Of a stretch of DNA of 64,000 nt, positions 46,019 through 57,870 are shown piece by piece. The DNA comes from Eukaryota sp. TZLM1-RC (Eukaryota > Protista > Metamonada: BaSk clade), in contig JAUPSS010000004.1 in NCBI GenBank assembly GCA_040285825.1, positions 4,183,784 to 4,247,783 on the forward strand, in the 5' to 3' direction. The position numbers and the translations under genes were made by a program. The notes below the pieces were generated by a model. It saw only the letters and a program-made list of their open reading frames with translations, was not told the DNA's origin and did no database searches. Position 1 is the stretch's first letter; each line of letters starts with the position of its first letter.

Positions 46019-46690
46019 TTAAGATGTACAATGAGGTTTAATTAAGCTAAAAAACAAAGCTTCAAGTTGAGAAAAAGACAAATTACCTAGATCTGAGCCA
46101 GTTTGAGTTGGTTCTTCAGACACGTGAAGGTCAAGAGGTAGCTGATTGACCATTAATTTTGATTTTTGTGCTAGCAAAACACTTGTTCTATTGGGAAAGA
46201 TGAACCAAAAAGACAACTGAGAAGACCTTAAAAGAGAGACTTTTCCAAACTTTGAAAGTACCTTCTTCACCATGTCCAAGGATGGTGAGCATCCCATAGG
46301 CCACGTCACTTGCACAACAACACCTTTTTGTTCCACGGGCTCCACAAACGAAGGGTGAATAATGTCATCAATGCGAGGTGTTTTAGTAGGGGGACGGTGC
46401 AGCTTTTCCTTGAGGTTCAGCTTCCTTTTAAAATCTTCCCGTAGTTTCGCTCTCTGTGCGAGATCCTCCTTTTCAGTCATTCTGGTGGAGATGTCCTGTT
46501 CAAATTGACTTCGTCTTGAGGGGTCGATAAGGATGTTGTATGCTTCATTCAACTGTTGAAAGCGAGCAGTTGCTGAAGGATCATCAGGATGTCGATCAGG
46601 ATGAGTTAGAATCGCTTTTTTTCTATACGCTGTACGTATTTCATCCAACGATGCACTGCTAGTTACTCCTAAAGTTGAAAAAGGGTTCAT
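46019..46690 (-). CDS. DnaJ plus RRM-like protein (DNAJC17/Cwc23-like)
   Basis: J-domain with HPD, coiled coil, then RRM-like VQVTW..LSKFGKV. Confidence 0.8.
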   Translation of the reverse strand: MNPFSTLGVTSSASLDEIRTAYRKKAILTHPDRHPDDPSATARFQQLNEAYNILIDPSRRSQFEQDISTRMTEKEDLAQRAKLREDFKRKLNLKEKLHRPPTKTPRIDDIIHPSFVEPVEQKGVVVQVTWPMGCSPSLDMVKKVLSKFGKVSLLRSSQLSFWFIFPNRTSVLLAQKSKLMVNQLPLDLHVSEEPTQTGSDLGNLSFSQLEALFFSLIKPHCTS

Positions 46691-46789
46691 GTGTTAACGG
46701 TCTGTGAATGGTTAATGGTGAATCTGAGAATTTCAAATCAAAAGGAAGAATAACCCACATTTTGAGATTTTGGGCTCCTTCCATAGCAT

Positions 46790-47760
46790 TAGATTTTTGT
46801 CGTTCCTTTAATTCATTGACAACAGAATTTTTTGCTGATTTCTTGGATGTAGAACCAGGAATGTTGAAAATTACTTATTTTCGGTAGCAAATTTTGGTGG
46901 TGTTGGTTTTACTATATCTTCTATTTTGTGTCAATCAGCATTATTTCGTGGAGGCAAGAATTTTATTTATGAATATTCTCGTTGATTTCCTGAAGATTCT
47001 CACTTGTTAGTACCAAATTGCTGTCCATATTTGAATGAGTTATCTTGTGAACTTGATAGTTTGCCACAACAAATCTGTATTAAATGCTTTTCCCAATCAA
47101 TTCAAGACATTCCAAACCGATCTCTGTTCAATTTGCAGTTTTGCTGTAAAAAGTTTTAACAAAAGTTGTCGAAGATTTTTTAAAGCTTGGAGTTTGATGT
47201 TTGACTTGGCTTGGCCAAGAAAAAGAATGCCGCTTTTGCCAATCTTTTACAAGATTTGTGTGATAGTACATCTTTTGCCTTAGTAATAAAAATTCCTCAA
47301 GTTTATAACACTCTCTTAACTGATTCTGGATGGATTTTGAATATGAGATTTCGTTCCATTATCTGGCCTGATGATTTACCTCATAATTTAATTTGAAAAT
47401 GTTCTCGAAAAATTACATTTACTCATTTGTCAAATTGTAAACATTTTATTACTTTTAGAAGCAAGGCTGACGATGCTGTAAGACACCAATTATATTGTAT
47501 GTGGAAGTCTCATAGAATTGAATCCTTTTTGGAACCTCTGTTGTCAAATCTGTTTGATACTGAGGATGATTTTCATAAGAATAATAGAGGTGATGTCATA
47601 TTACCTGGATTAGATGGAGCCTTCATTTTAGTGGATGTAATGTCTGTTGATCCTTGTAATGTCTCAAATGAAAGGCTTGCTAGTTCTGAAATTCATAATC
47701 TTCCTTCAAATGCTGAAAATTTCAAAATCAAACACTACAGTGAACCTTTGTCCAAAATGT
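46790..47760 (+). mobile_element. Degraded non-LTR fragment (RLE region)
   Basis: Homologous to 10530-10985. Confidence 0.8.
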
Positions 47761-48253
47761 CCACCCAAAAACACCCCCGACTTTTCTACCTTGGTAAATA
47801 CCGCAGAGGATGAACTACTTAATTGCAGGCGAGTAGCCTCTTGCAAACAATCTTCAAAAATTGTTACTGAAATTACTGACTCTGTGCGTCAAGCTGGTAT
47901 GAAGTCTCGTTTATCATATAGATTTCGCAATCTGACTGACGGAACATTTTTCAAATGTAATCAGAAAGGTCATCTATCTCGTGATTGCCACTCTAAAGTT
48001 AAGCACGAAGTAAACACCTCCATTATGTGCCACAGTGTTTCACAAATCCCCTATCTTCTTTATTCTAAATGGTTTAAGAAACTGTTCAAAAGAGAATATG
48101 GGAAGAAGTAGAGTTGTTGTTGCTGATAAAATAGGCTAGTAACCATCTGAGGATATCACTTGATGACGTGGCACTTGTTCAAGAACACGTATCTCTATTA
48201 ATAAATGCTCTTTTCTGTCTTTACTTCTTTGGTATTTCTGCCTAACGCCATCA
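47760..48253 (+). mobile_element. LTR retrotransposon remnant (gag zinc knuckle, purine tract, probable LTR piece)
   Basis: FKCNQKGHLSRDC CCHC knuckle. GGGAAGAAGTAGAG is followed by TGTTG. Confidence 0.5.
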
Positions 48254-48254
48254 G

Positions 48255-49674
48255 TATTGAGTACGTGAGTTGGAATTCAAACTATTGATTTTTTCAGGAT
48301 ACTTGATAATTTTCGCTTCTGCAGCTCTACGTAACAGTGGTTTGTATTATAATGCCAGTGTTTTATTTGAGCTGTTTGACACATCCGTAAATCTAACGTC
48401 AATAATGGTCAAACTTGTATTTATTGAATTTGCACACTTAATTAAATTAACTCATAACTAATAAGACGACTATCATTGAACCAAGATTTCCTCTACAAAA
48501 TCTTGATCTGCTTGCTGTATAGCAAAAGCTTCTCTTATTCGATTGAAAAACCGAGGTAATAAATTAATAATGGCAAATTGAATCCGTGAACGCCATAAAA
48601 ATATATCAAATCTTTTCATTGTTTTTTTTGCACCATTTTTTGGAAGTCATCCAAAAAAGTTTCTGCTTCAACTGATAATCTTCCATTTATCGAAAATGGG
48701 AAAGCAATAAAAACCAGCTGTGTATTTCTATCGACATTTGCCTCTTCAATATCTTTATCATATTTTCTATGTTTCTCTTTTGCTTTAAAATCCAGAGCAG
48801 CCACCGGATTAAGTTTTCTTCTGTGAACCAAAGTATCATTTGCAACATTACATGAGACAAAGTCAACAATAGCTTCAGAATTATCAATCCAATCACAGTA
48901 TACATCACCTCTATCATCAGAACCAAAATTATTCAGAGAAAGTGTTTCCTTCAGCAGGGGCTCTTTGATACACGATATCCTTGCAGTTTGTGCCATATTG
49001 AAAACAGTGTCTCTAACAGCATCATGTAATGAAGAACGATAAGTTATCAATTTAGAGCAATTCAGAGCATGGCGCAAAGTGAGTTGAGGTGAATTCGAAC
49101 AAATACATTTTTCTTTTGATAATAATTGGTTAATGGGGATGTTCAAATATAATCTCATTTTTGTTACAAATGCTTCATTAGTGGCACACAATCCAAATCT
49201 TCGTGGTACAATGGTTACAAAAAGTGAAGAAACTGACGACTTGTTTTCACAAACACCCTTTTCCAATAACAATGAGTGAAGATCTTGATTCAAAACAGCC
49301 GAGCTGCTTATATTATTATAAAGATCTTTTTCATACATTCCAGTCAATCTTTTCTGTAATGTTCCAATGATCAATAAATCATTTATTAACCAACAACTTA
49401 AAAAACGAGAAGTTTCTTGAGAATAGTTGGTAAAAGGAATTTTACAATTATTAATTTTAAACTCTTTGAATTAATTATCATTTAATCAAACATTTTCTGG
49501 AATTTTAGGTAAAATCTTTCATTTTTATATTGTGAGGCAACTTCAATTGAAGCGTTTTGGACAACGTCAAAAGAACCATTAAGGAGATGTCATCCATATA
49601 ACCTACAATATAATTGTTACCACATATTTTTGAATTACAATACAAAATAATAATGGACCCAAAGGATTTCCTAA
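48255..49674 (-). mobile_element. Mosaic of non-LTR fragments (second-subfamily RLE ORF 48616-49374, RT remnant)
   Basis: CICS..HALNC..HDAVRD..KEP..RGD..DF motifs; GNPLGP and YMDD remnants. Confidence 0.8.
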
Positions 49675-49696
49675 GCCAGTTCCAAGTCGCCAGTTC

Positions 49697-52600
49697 CAAG
49701 TCGGAACTGGCGAAGATTCGGATAAAGAATGAACTAGGGAAGCGACGAGGTGGGGATCGGACTCAGAGGAGATCTCGATCATGGCTGAAACAAAACTGAA
49801 TTTTCGATCATATTCATCATCTACAGACTTGAACTGAGAACGGAGGAAGCGGGGATGATCAAATACTGCGGGGTGGAGTTCAAAGATCTCTCTGCTGGTA
49901 GGTAAGTGGAAGCGGGAACTAGGGAGGAAGTAGGTAGGAAGATCGTCGGGGGAGCGGTTAGCATTGACGAAACCCTGGCGACCATCACTATAGTCAATGA
50001 TTTCGAGGACTTTGTCTTGTAAGACGAAGTCGAGTCGGGAGTGGTATTGAGTAGGGTTGTCAAAAAAGGAAAACGGATGTCCTCGAAGTGAGAGCAAACA
50101 TGAGATGTTTCTTGTATGAACTGGGGTTCGTCTTCGGTTTCAAGGACCGAGTGATAGTCCAGCGGTAAATAGTGATAGTGAATGTTTCTATCATGAAGGT
50201 CTGTCTGATGGCCATAAACCATTTTCAGGATGGAATAGCTATGGGACAGGGAGTAACTTTGTCTTTGTCGTAGTGGTATACTAAGTGGATCTCGGGCTTG
50301 AGTAGACAAAGGGGAATGAAGGAGGCGATGTCTCTGGATGTAGGTAAGACGTAATTGACGTAGGTGGGGTCGGGGAAATGTTGGCAATTTGCTGGAGCGG
50401 GATGACTCGAGGGAGGTCTCAAGTCGGAGTACGTCAGGGCAGTAGGGAGTAAACAGAAATCATATAACTGGTCACCATAGGTGCAGACACTAAGCACGTC
50501 GGAGGTCCAAGGGAAATGGTCACACTTGGGGGAATTGGGACATTCTCTAGGGTTGCAGGGAGGAGGAGTTGAATCGTGAAAGCAGTGACCACTTTGTTCA
50601 GCGCGTCTCCAGAGGCTGGGGTAGTATGTCGAGGGTGGATCGGCATTCAAGTACGATTGATTGATTCGGAGGCGATATCGGTGGGTGAGGTGTCGGTTTC
50701 TTTCCCAGCTAAAAGGGGCTATGTGAGTAGGGAGGGGAATCAAATGGAAGATGTGTACGTTATCAATCAGAGTCCCTAGGGTGACGTTAGGATGAATATT
50801 GTTGAGGATAATGAGATGAGCGTTTAGGGGCATACCCTTAGGAAGATAATCTAGACTGGACATCTTGGGGTTCTGGAAATAGATGCGGGAGTTCCAGTTG
50901 GCTTGTTGAATCAGATCGTTTACCTTCAGGTTCCTAGCATGTAAGCCAAGGGGTTCATCAGGAGTGGGGACGGGCCGAGGGTTGAAAGCAGCTTTGCCAA
51001 AGTCTCTTGGGGCAGTGGTGTTGACGAACAGAAGTGGCAGATCGGTTAAGAGGACGAAAAAGCGGGCGGGAGAGGGGGAGAGCAGTTCGTGAGGTTCGGG
51101 ATTCAGGTTATATTGGATGAAGTGTTTGCGGGAGTTGAGGAAAGCTGTCACGGAGTGCTTAGGACGGATGGCGAAAGGATGATGAGTTCTTTGAGCGGTG
51201 TCAAAGTCAATGTCGTACCAGTGGGAGGAGGAGTGCGTCAGATCGTCGAGGTTCATGTAGTTCCACAGTGGAGAGTTAGCCGATCCTCGATGAGTCATCA
51301 TGCAGCACAAGGCGGGGGCAGGGTTGTTAAAGACACTTCTGGTCTTCTTCTCTTCCTTTTCCTTCTTTTTTGGTTCGATTTCATCATCGTTGGCTCTAGA
51401 TAAATAGTCAGCCCAGTAGTTCTTAGTTCCTTCAATGTGAACACAAACGAAGGAGAAAGACTGAAGGACTGGAATCAAACGGAGGACAACTCGATTGTTG
51501 TCAGGGCAAGAGAACAAGTAGGCAAGGTTCTTATGATCACAGAAGATGGTTAAATGCTTAGTGAGAAGAAACGACGAGAGATTGGGCTGGTACAGCGTCA
51601 TAACAATAGCGAAAAGCTCTTTCTGGAGGGTAGACCAGCGTTGTTGGGACAAAGTCAGAATGCGCGAATAAAATGACACAGGCATTACCTTGCGTTTTGA
51701 AAGGCAGGTTCCTGGGAAGAAGGTTCTAACTCTTTCCAAATGATGCCAGCGATGGCTTTGTCGGAGGCGTCGGTGGACACGAGGATAGTGCTATCAGTGT
51801 CTGGCAGGGAGAGGGAGAGGCTGTTAATCACCATTTCCTTGATGTTGTTGAAGCATTGAAGTACTTGAGGTCCTAACTTGATGCGTTTGGGCTTGTTCTT
51901 TAATAGCACGGTTAGGGGAGCTAGCTCTTTGATACGGATGGGAGCCAGTCACGGAGGAAGTTGATAGAGCCTATGAAGAATCGGAGTTCAGGGACGGAGG
52001 TTGGAGGAGCTAGTTTACGTACATAATTTCGGATAATGAAGCGGAGTCTCTTGGGGCGTATTCCATTGACAAAGAACTTCATGCGGGCAGCTTCAGGTAA
52101 CTCGGAGGGACAGAGTTGGAGCTTCTTGAGAAAGGCAGAAATATAAGAGGTAATAGCTTCTTCGGCGGTTGGGGCAGACAAATTGAGTTTCAGGGATTGA
52201 AGCTTATGATAAGCCTCAGCAGAGTCTTCGAAACGGCAAAAGGATAACAGGTGGTAAAGGATTGCTTCGGGGTCATTAGGGTCAATTCCTTCGAAGATCT
52301 CGAAGGTTTCTAGCACCACGGGGGTAATAGTACATAATACATACGGAAGCATGGGTTGATGGAGTTGGTTTTCAGAAACGAGGCGGCACTTTTCGAAAGT
52401 AGCAACGTTGGTAGTGTTAGAGGAGTCGGAGGTTTGGTCTTGGCTATCTTCATAAGCTAATACAGAGGGAAGTTTGAAATCTCGAGGGTTAAAGGACGGA
52501 CGAGGTTTTCTCGTTTCAGTGGAGACAGGGGTGGATTCGGAGGACTCTTCAGTGTTCAGTTTGGATTTCTCGGCGAGAGAAAGTTTAGATTTCAGGGCAG

Positions 52601-55600
52601 CGACTTCTTGAGTGAGAGCCTTGATAGCTTCTCGGTCAGAATCCTAGGAGGAGGGCTCGGATGCTTTCGAGCAGGAGGGAGACTGAGAGTGAGTGGCGGA
52701 CGGATATCTCCCTTGTCATGTCCGACGAGACATGATTAGATGACATACGTGATACGTACACCTTAAGCGCTTCCACTTATTGGGAGATGGCTTCTCGACC
52801 AGTATGTTGTAAATAGGGAGTGTAGGGTACCTACACCGGGTAGGTACACTAGGGTACCTGGCGACAGAAGTGGATTCTCTTAAGTCCACAGTAATTACTG
52901 TTGGCTTATGTGCACGTTGGTTTTCCATTAACTAAAATAACAGACGTTTATGGAACAGAATTAAGAAAATCAAAATAATTTAAAACTAAAACGAATTTAA
53001 GCTAAAGTATCACGTCATACTTTCCGAACTGGAAGGAGGAGTTTAACCTGGCTAACAGAAGTCTAAATCTATACAATGAAATTATAGTAGACAATGGCGA
53101 TGTGTACCCTACTAGTTTGTGCATTTCTACTAACACATTTTCTACATCTACTTTGTCAAAAAACATTAATAAAACGATTGGCATGTTTTTCATAATTTAG
53201 TTTCAACTTATTCTCAAAATCGGAAAACATTGCCGGTGCCATGTCCTCGGGAGGTCTACTGAGTCCATCAGTTGGAAATCGTGGAAACTCTTCAGGCTTG
53301 TGTCTCAAGCGATCAAAATAACTCAAAGTTTGGTTTAACGTTTGTTGTTCAAAGCTAGTTAATCTACAAACTCCTTCACCATATACAATGTTTGGTTTAA
53401 CGTTTGTTGTTCAAAGCTAGTTAATCTACAAACTGCTTCACCATGTACAAACTCTTCCAAATCCTGTAAAATTGCACTTTTTGGTTTTACCATTTGTTGC
53501 TCGTAAAAATCATCAGAAATATAACGAATTCTTGCCTTCAATGATTCACACAATTTGGCAGTCAAACGTGATAATGACAAGTTGCGTTTCAAACGTGACT
53601 GTAAATACATTTTCAGGCAGCATGCAGTGTGTATTCGTAACTGTTGAAATTTTGAAGCAGTTTTTTTTAAGTTTCAATATAATAATTGCTTGTTTAACCA
53701 TTGAGTTAATGGTTGCACGAATGGTTTTATAAGATGGTAAATTTTTTTTGATAGATATTTTATTCAAACAAAATTGTATGAAACTAAAAATCAATATTCT
53801 CAAACTCCACATCTACTATTGAAAACTTACCTACAACATTTTCTTCATAGAATTTTCCTAGTGATAACAACGAGCTAGAAACAAGGCTATACATTCCCTT
53901 AAAAATAGAAAATACAATTCTGTTTTGCGGTCAAATATTCTTCCAGTTCTATTTTTGACAATAGAAGAGAAATTGTCCAAAAAGATAACGCAGTTTTACC
54001 CAAGGTTCCAAATAATGAATAAGCAAAAGGACAAAGAAGGTATTGAGTATGTGAGTTGGAATTCAAGTTATTGATTATTTCTTGTACTTGATAATTTTCG
54101 CTTCTTCAGCTCTACGTAAAGGTGAATTATAAGATGGTGCCAGTTTTTAAATTTGAGCTGTTTGATACATCAGTAGATCTGACATCAATAATGACCATTG
54201 ATCCACCAAGTCCGGGAACTAGCACATGACCGCGGCTATCACCAATAGAATTTCTGTCAGCTTCATCAGCCAAATTTGAAAGCAAAGGTTCTAAAAATGA
54301 TTCAATCTTGTAGGACTTAAACATACAATAGAGCTGATCACTTACTGCATCATGCACTTTTGATCTAAAAGTAATAAAACGATTACAATTAAATAAATGG
54401 GTTGGAGTGACAGTCTTTCCACATTTACAAAATAAACCATGGGGAGAATTATCAGGCCAAATAAAAGATCTAAGACGCATAGAAAATAAAAAGCAAGGGT
54501 CATCTAGAAACAAACCATAAATTCTTCGAACTTGATTAATTAAACAAGACGTAGCACTATCACAAACACCCAGTAAAAAATTTGCAAAAGCGGGATTTTT
54601 TTGCTTGGCTATGCCAAGACGTACTTCATAATCCAAGCCTTCAAATATTACTGTCAGTTTTTGTTGAAGCTTCTTTACACAATACCTTAAATTAACTAAA
54701 TATCGTGGAGTAATCTCTTGAACTGAGTTTGGACAACATTGAAACCAAATTTCTGGTGCAATTTTATTAATCGCAACATCAAGGTCATACAAATATTTGG
54801 AAAATGATGCATTAAGCAAATGGCTATCCTCAGGAAAACGATTGAGAAATTCAAAATACAATTTTTTTCACCACCAACTTGTGAAGATGAGAACAAGTGG
54901 GCTCGAATCAATTCAGGATTCACTTCTAATTGGGAAGCAAAGAAGTTGCACGAAATTGATTAAGTGATCGGCAAAAATGAATAGAGAAAGATGGTGCTGT
55001 TGATCTTAATAAGTGAGTAATTTTTTCGGAGTAACAAAATAAAAAGATTGATATGTTTCTTTATTTCCAATTCAGAAATTGATTGAAGCTCATTGCCAAG
55101 TTTTTCAGCAATTTCATTAAAAATTTAGTTATTTCATCAACCATTCCTAACCAACAGCCTAAAAACGAAAAGCTTCTTGAGACATTGGTAAAAGGAATTT
55201 TACAATTATTAATTTTAAACCCTTTGAATTCATTACCAATTAATCGACATTTTCGGGGATTCAAGTGAAGTCCTACATTTTCATATTGTGAAGCAATTTC
55301 ATTTGAAGCTTTTTGGACTACATCAAAAGGACCAATACGGGAAATGTCATCCATATAACCTCAAATTTTAAGAGAAGGGTATTTTTCATTGATTGCTATC
55401 AAAGGTTCCTGGATTGCAATACAAAATAATAATGGGCCCAAAGGGTCCCCTTGTTTTACACCAGATGAAGATTTTAAAGAAAATACATCATACACCAATT
55501 CATTGGATTTACCGTAAAACAAGTAGAAATAACTTGATGGTTCAGGGAAATGTTGTTGAATCATTTCGTAAATTGTTTTTCTTTTCACACTGTTGAAAGC

Positions 55601-55939
55601 ATTGCTGAAATCTAAATCAAAAATAAAATTGTTTCCTTTGGAATGAAAAAACAAGTCAGATGTTAGAGCAGCAACTGCATCTCCATCAATCGTTTGAATA
55701 CCAAATTGCAATGGCGACAAAAAATTTACCAGCTTTCTTTACAATTCTATTAAAAATAATTGAGGCCAACAAACGAGATAGAGATTCACCTACTGCAATA
55801 GAATGAATTCCTGAAGGTTTAGTTTCACTTCCAGGTTTTACTAAAACAATGAGACGTGTAGCAGTAAGCTTAGGTGGAGGAACGACTTTTAAATAGATCA
55901 ATTGTTGAAAATAGAACGCTAAAATCATCTGCAATTTCA
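49697..55939. repeat. Right arm of the inverted duplication (partial Gypsy with 5' LTR 52899-53057, Fanzor 5' part, non-LTR copy)
   Basis: Reverse complement of 34383-40626. Confidence 0.95.
50225..51739 (-). CDS. Gypsy RNase H fused to an unassigned domain (best-preserved copy)
   Basis: 504-aa ORF with WSTLQKEL, CDHKNL and WADYLSR, then about 380 aa with no recognisable motif. Confidence 0.6.
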   Translation of the reverse strand: MERVRTFFPGTCLSKRKVMPVSFYSRILTLSQQRWSTLQKELFAIVMTLYQPNLSSFLLTKHLTIFCDHKNLAYLFSCPDNNRVVLRLIPVLQSFSFVCVHIEGTKNYWADYLSRANDDEIEPKKKEKEEKKTRSVFNNPAPALCCMMTHRGSANSPLWNYMNLDDLTHSSSHWYDIDFDTAQRTHHPFAIRPKHSVTAFLNSRKHFIQYNLNPEPHELLSPSPARFFVLLTDLPLLFVNTTAPRDFGKAAFNPRPVPTPDEPLGLHARNLKVNDLIQQANWNSRIYFQNPKMSSLDYLPKGMPLNAHLIILNNIHPNVTLGTLIDNVHIFHLIPLPTHIAPFSWERNRHLTHRYRLRINQSYLNADPPSTYYPSLWRRAEQSGHCFHDSTPPPCNPRECPNSPKCDHFPWTSDVLSVCTYGDQLYDFCLLPTALTYSDLRPPSSHPAPANCQHFPDPTYVNYVLPTSRDIASFIPLCLLKPEIHLVYHYDKDKVTPCPIAIPS

Positions 55940-56289
55940 TGTGTCTTATCAGGTTCTTCGCCTTGTTGGACTATTGCTTTCAGATATTCAATGATTGACA
56001 GTCATGCCAATGTTTACTTAATCTATTTCCTCCTCTATGCTTATCAGATATGAAATGTAAATTTGGTGCTTATGTTTCTTTTGATCATATCATTTGCTGC
56101 TGTAAATTGACTCAAAAAGATCAATCATATACAATACTGTTTGTGATTGTATTTATGATCTCTTAAAATGTGCTCATCATCCAGTATGTTTAGCACCTCT
56201 GTTTGATGAATTTAAGTTCAGTTTGAGCCAAAAATGAGGTGATATTCAATGTACATGGTATGAAACTGGTATGGAACTGAAATGATTAT

Positions 56290-56665
56290 TGTACAACCAT
56301 ATCGCTATGGAAAAGAAGATCCAATTCTGACATTCGACATTTACTCAAAGTTTCAGAGCTTTCCAAGAAATCAAAATACGAAGCCCTTCTTCAACGTCTC
56401 AATAGAGCAAGAGGCAGAAACATTAAATTTGTCCCAATTGATATTTCAATTTTTGGTACCATTGGAAGCGAAGGTCTCAATTTTTTAGATCATTTAGGAA
56501 AACTTCTCAAAGAAAGAGTATATTAGATTTTTTGACTTGGAAAAACAGAATTGTATTTCGTTATTTAAAGCCCTTCCTCATTATATTAACACCATTTTGA
56601 ATAACATTCCGGATTTTTATAACAAGCGAGTTGCTATCCAAGTGAATAGCGAAAATCATCCGTGA
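56290..56665 (+). mobile_element. Highly degraded non-LTR 3' fragment
   Basis: WKNRIVF-type tail shared with the other copies. Confidence 0.5.
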
Positions 56666-56749
56666 GTAGGAAAAAGCTTTAGTTAAGGTTTTTGGTTGAG
56701 TTTTAAAATGTGTCTGTTCCATTCATAAATAATATACTATATTGGGATG

Positions 56750-56846
56750 GGCACACGGCTCTTGAACACGTGTAGAGCGGTGTCCGGTGTCAACAAGTGT
56801 CCAACACGTGTCCAACCTGAGTTACACGTGTAAATTCCAAACACTG
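56750..56846. repeat. Cluster of ACACGTGT/GTGTCC motifs ending in CCAAACACTG (possible DNA-transposon end)
   Basis: Three ACACGTGT palindromes and several GTGTC units within 100 bp. Confidence 0.45.
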
Positions 56847-56917
56847 GTTAGTTTGTTAAGTTCAACAAATCAATCAACAACAGTGGTTTTCAGACTGTAT
56901 CTGATTTCCTTTGTATC

Positions 56918-57870
56918 ATGAGTTGTTGTGGTTCAAAGAAAGCTACATCTTGCTGTCAACCTAAGCCTTCTTGTTGTAAGTCAACAGATGAGCCTCTTCC
57001 CAGTTGCTTCGGCACTGCTGCTGATTCTTCTCGCAAGCTTGATGTCAACGTATCTGCTGATGAGCGCAGAGCTGTTGTTCAAGAAGGCTACAGAAAAGTT
57101 GCTCTTAACGATCAGCCCAATCAAACCACAACTGCTATAGCTGAGAGTTTGGGTTACACTAAGGAAGATCTTGAATATGTTGGAGATGCTGCCAATCTTG
57201 GTTTAGGATGTGGTAATCCTCTCGCTGGAGCGGGCATTAAGGAAGGGAATGTTGTAGTTGATCTTGGTTCTGGTGCTGGAATCGATGTCCTTCTTGCTGC
57301 TCGAATCGTAGGGCCTAAAGGAAAGGTATATGGGGTAGACTTTACTCCTGAAATGATTCAACGCGCACAACTCAATGCTTCTGCCAAAGGTGCAATGAAT
57401 ACCGAGTTTTTACTGGGTGATTTGACAGATCTTCCTTTGGATGATGAAATTGCTGACGTTATTATCTCCAACTGTGTAATCAACCTTGTTCCTGAAAAGG
57501 ATCAAGTGTTCAAGGAGGCCTACAGGGTACTAAAACACGGAGGCCAGTTTGTTGAATTTTCATTATTAACTCTAGCTTGATTGTGTCTGATATGGTTCTT
57601 CTCAAACCCATTTCTGCAAAACTCCGTTCCAGTGCTGCTGCCCATGTTGGCTGCATTGCTGGTGCTGTGATGAGAGATGAATATATTTCGATCATGCAGT
57701 CTGCAGGATTCAAAACCCCTCAAATGATAGAATCAAAGTACATTGATGAAGGAACCTTTACTCATCATGAAGAAACCGGTAGAATAACTGTCAATAAGTT
57801 TGAGTTTAAACCAGAACCCTCAAGTGATACATTTAGTTGTGCATTAAAAACTATTGCTGTAAAGGAATAA
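56918..57870 (+). CDS. arsM: Arsenite S-adenosylmethionine methyltransferase, two exons (intron 57547-57575)
   Basis: ANLGLGCGNP, DLGSGAGID, ISNCVINL and GCIAGA motifs. Intron removal gives LKHGGHLIVSD. Confidence 0.92.
57547..57575 (+). other. 29-nt spliceosomal intron in arsM
   Basis: GTTTGTTGAATTTTCATTATTAACTCTAG; removal restores the frame. Confidence 0.88.

Noticed and set aside
46008-46021. TTAGGG telomeric repeats
   Set aside because: Only two units, overlapping a stop codon; compatible with chance.
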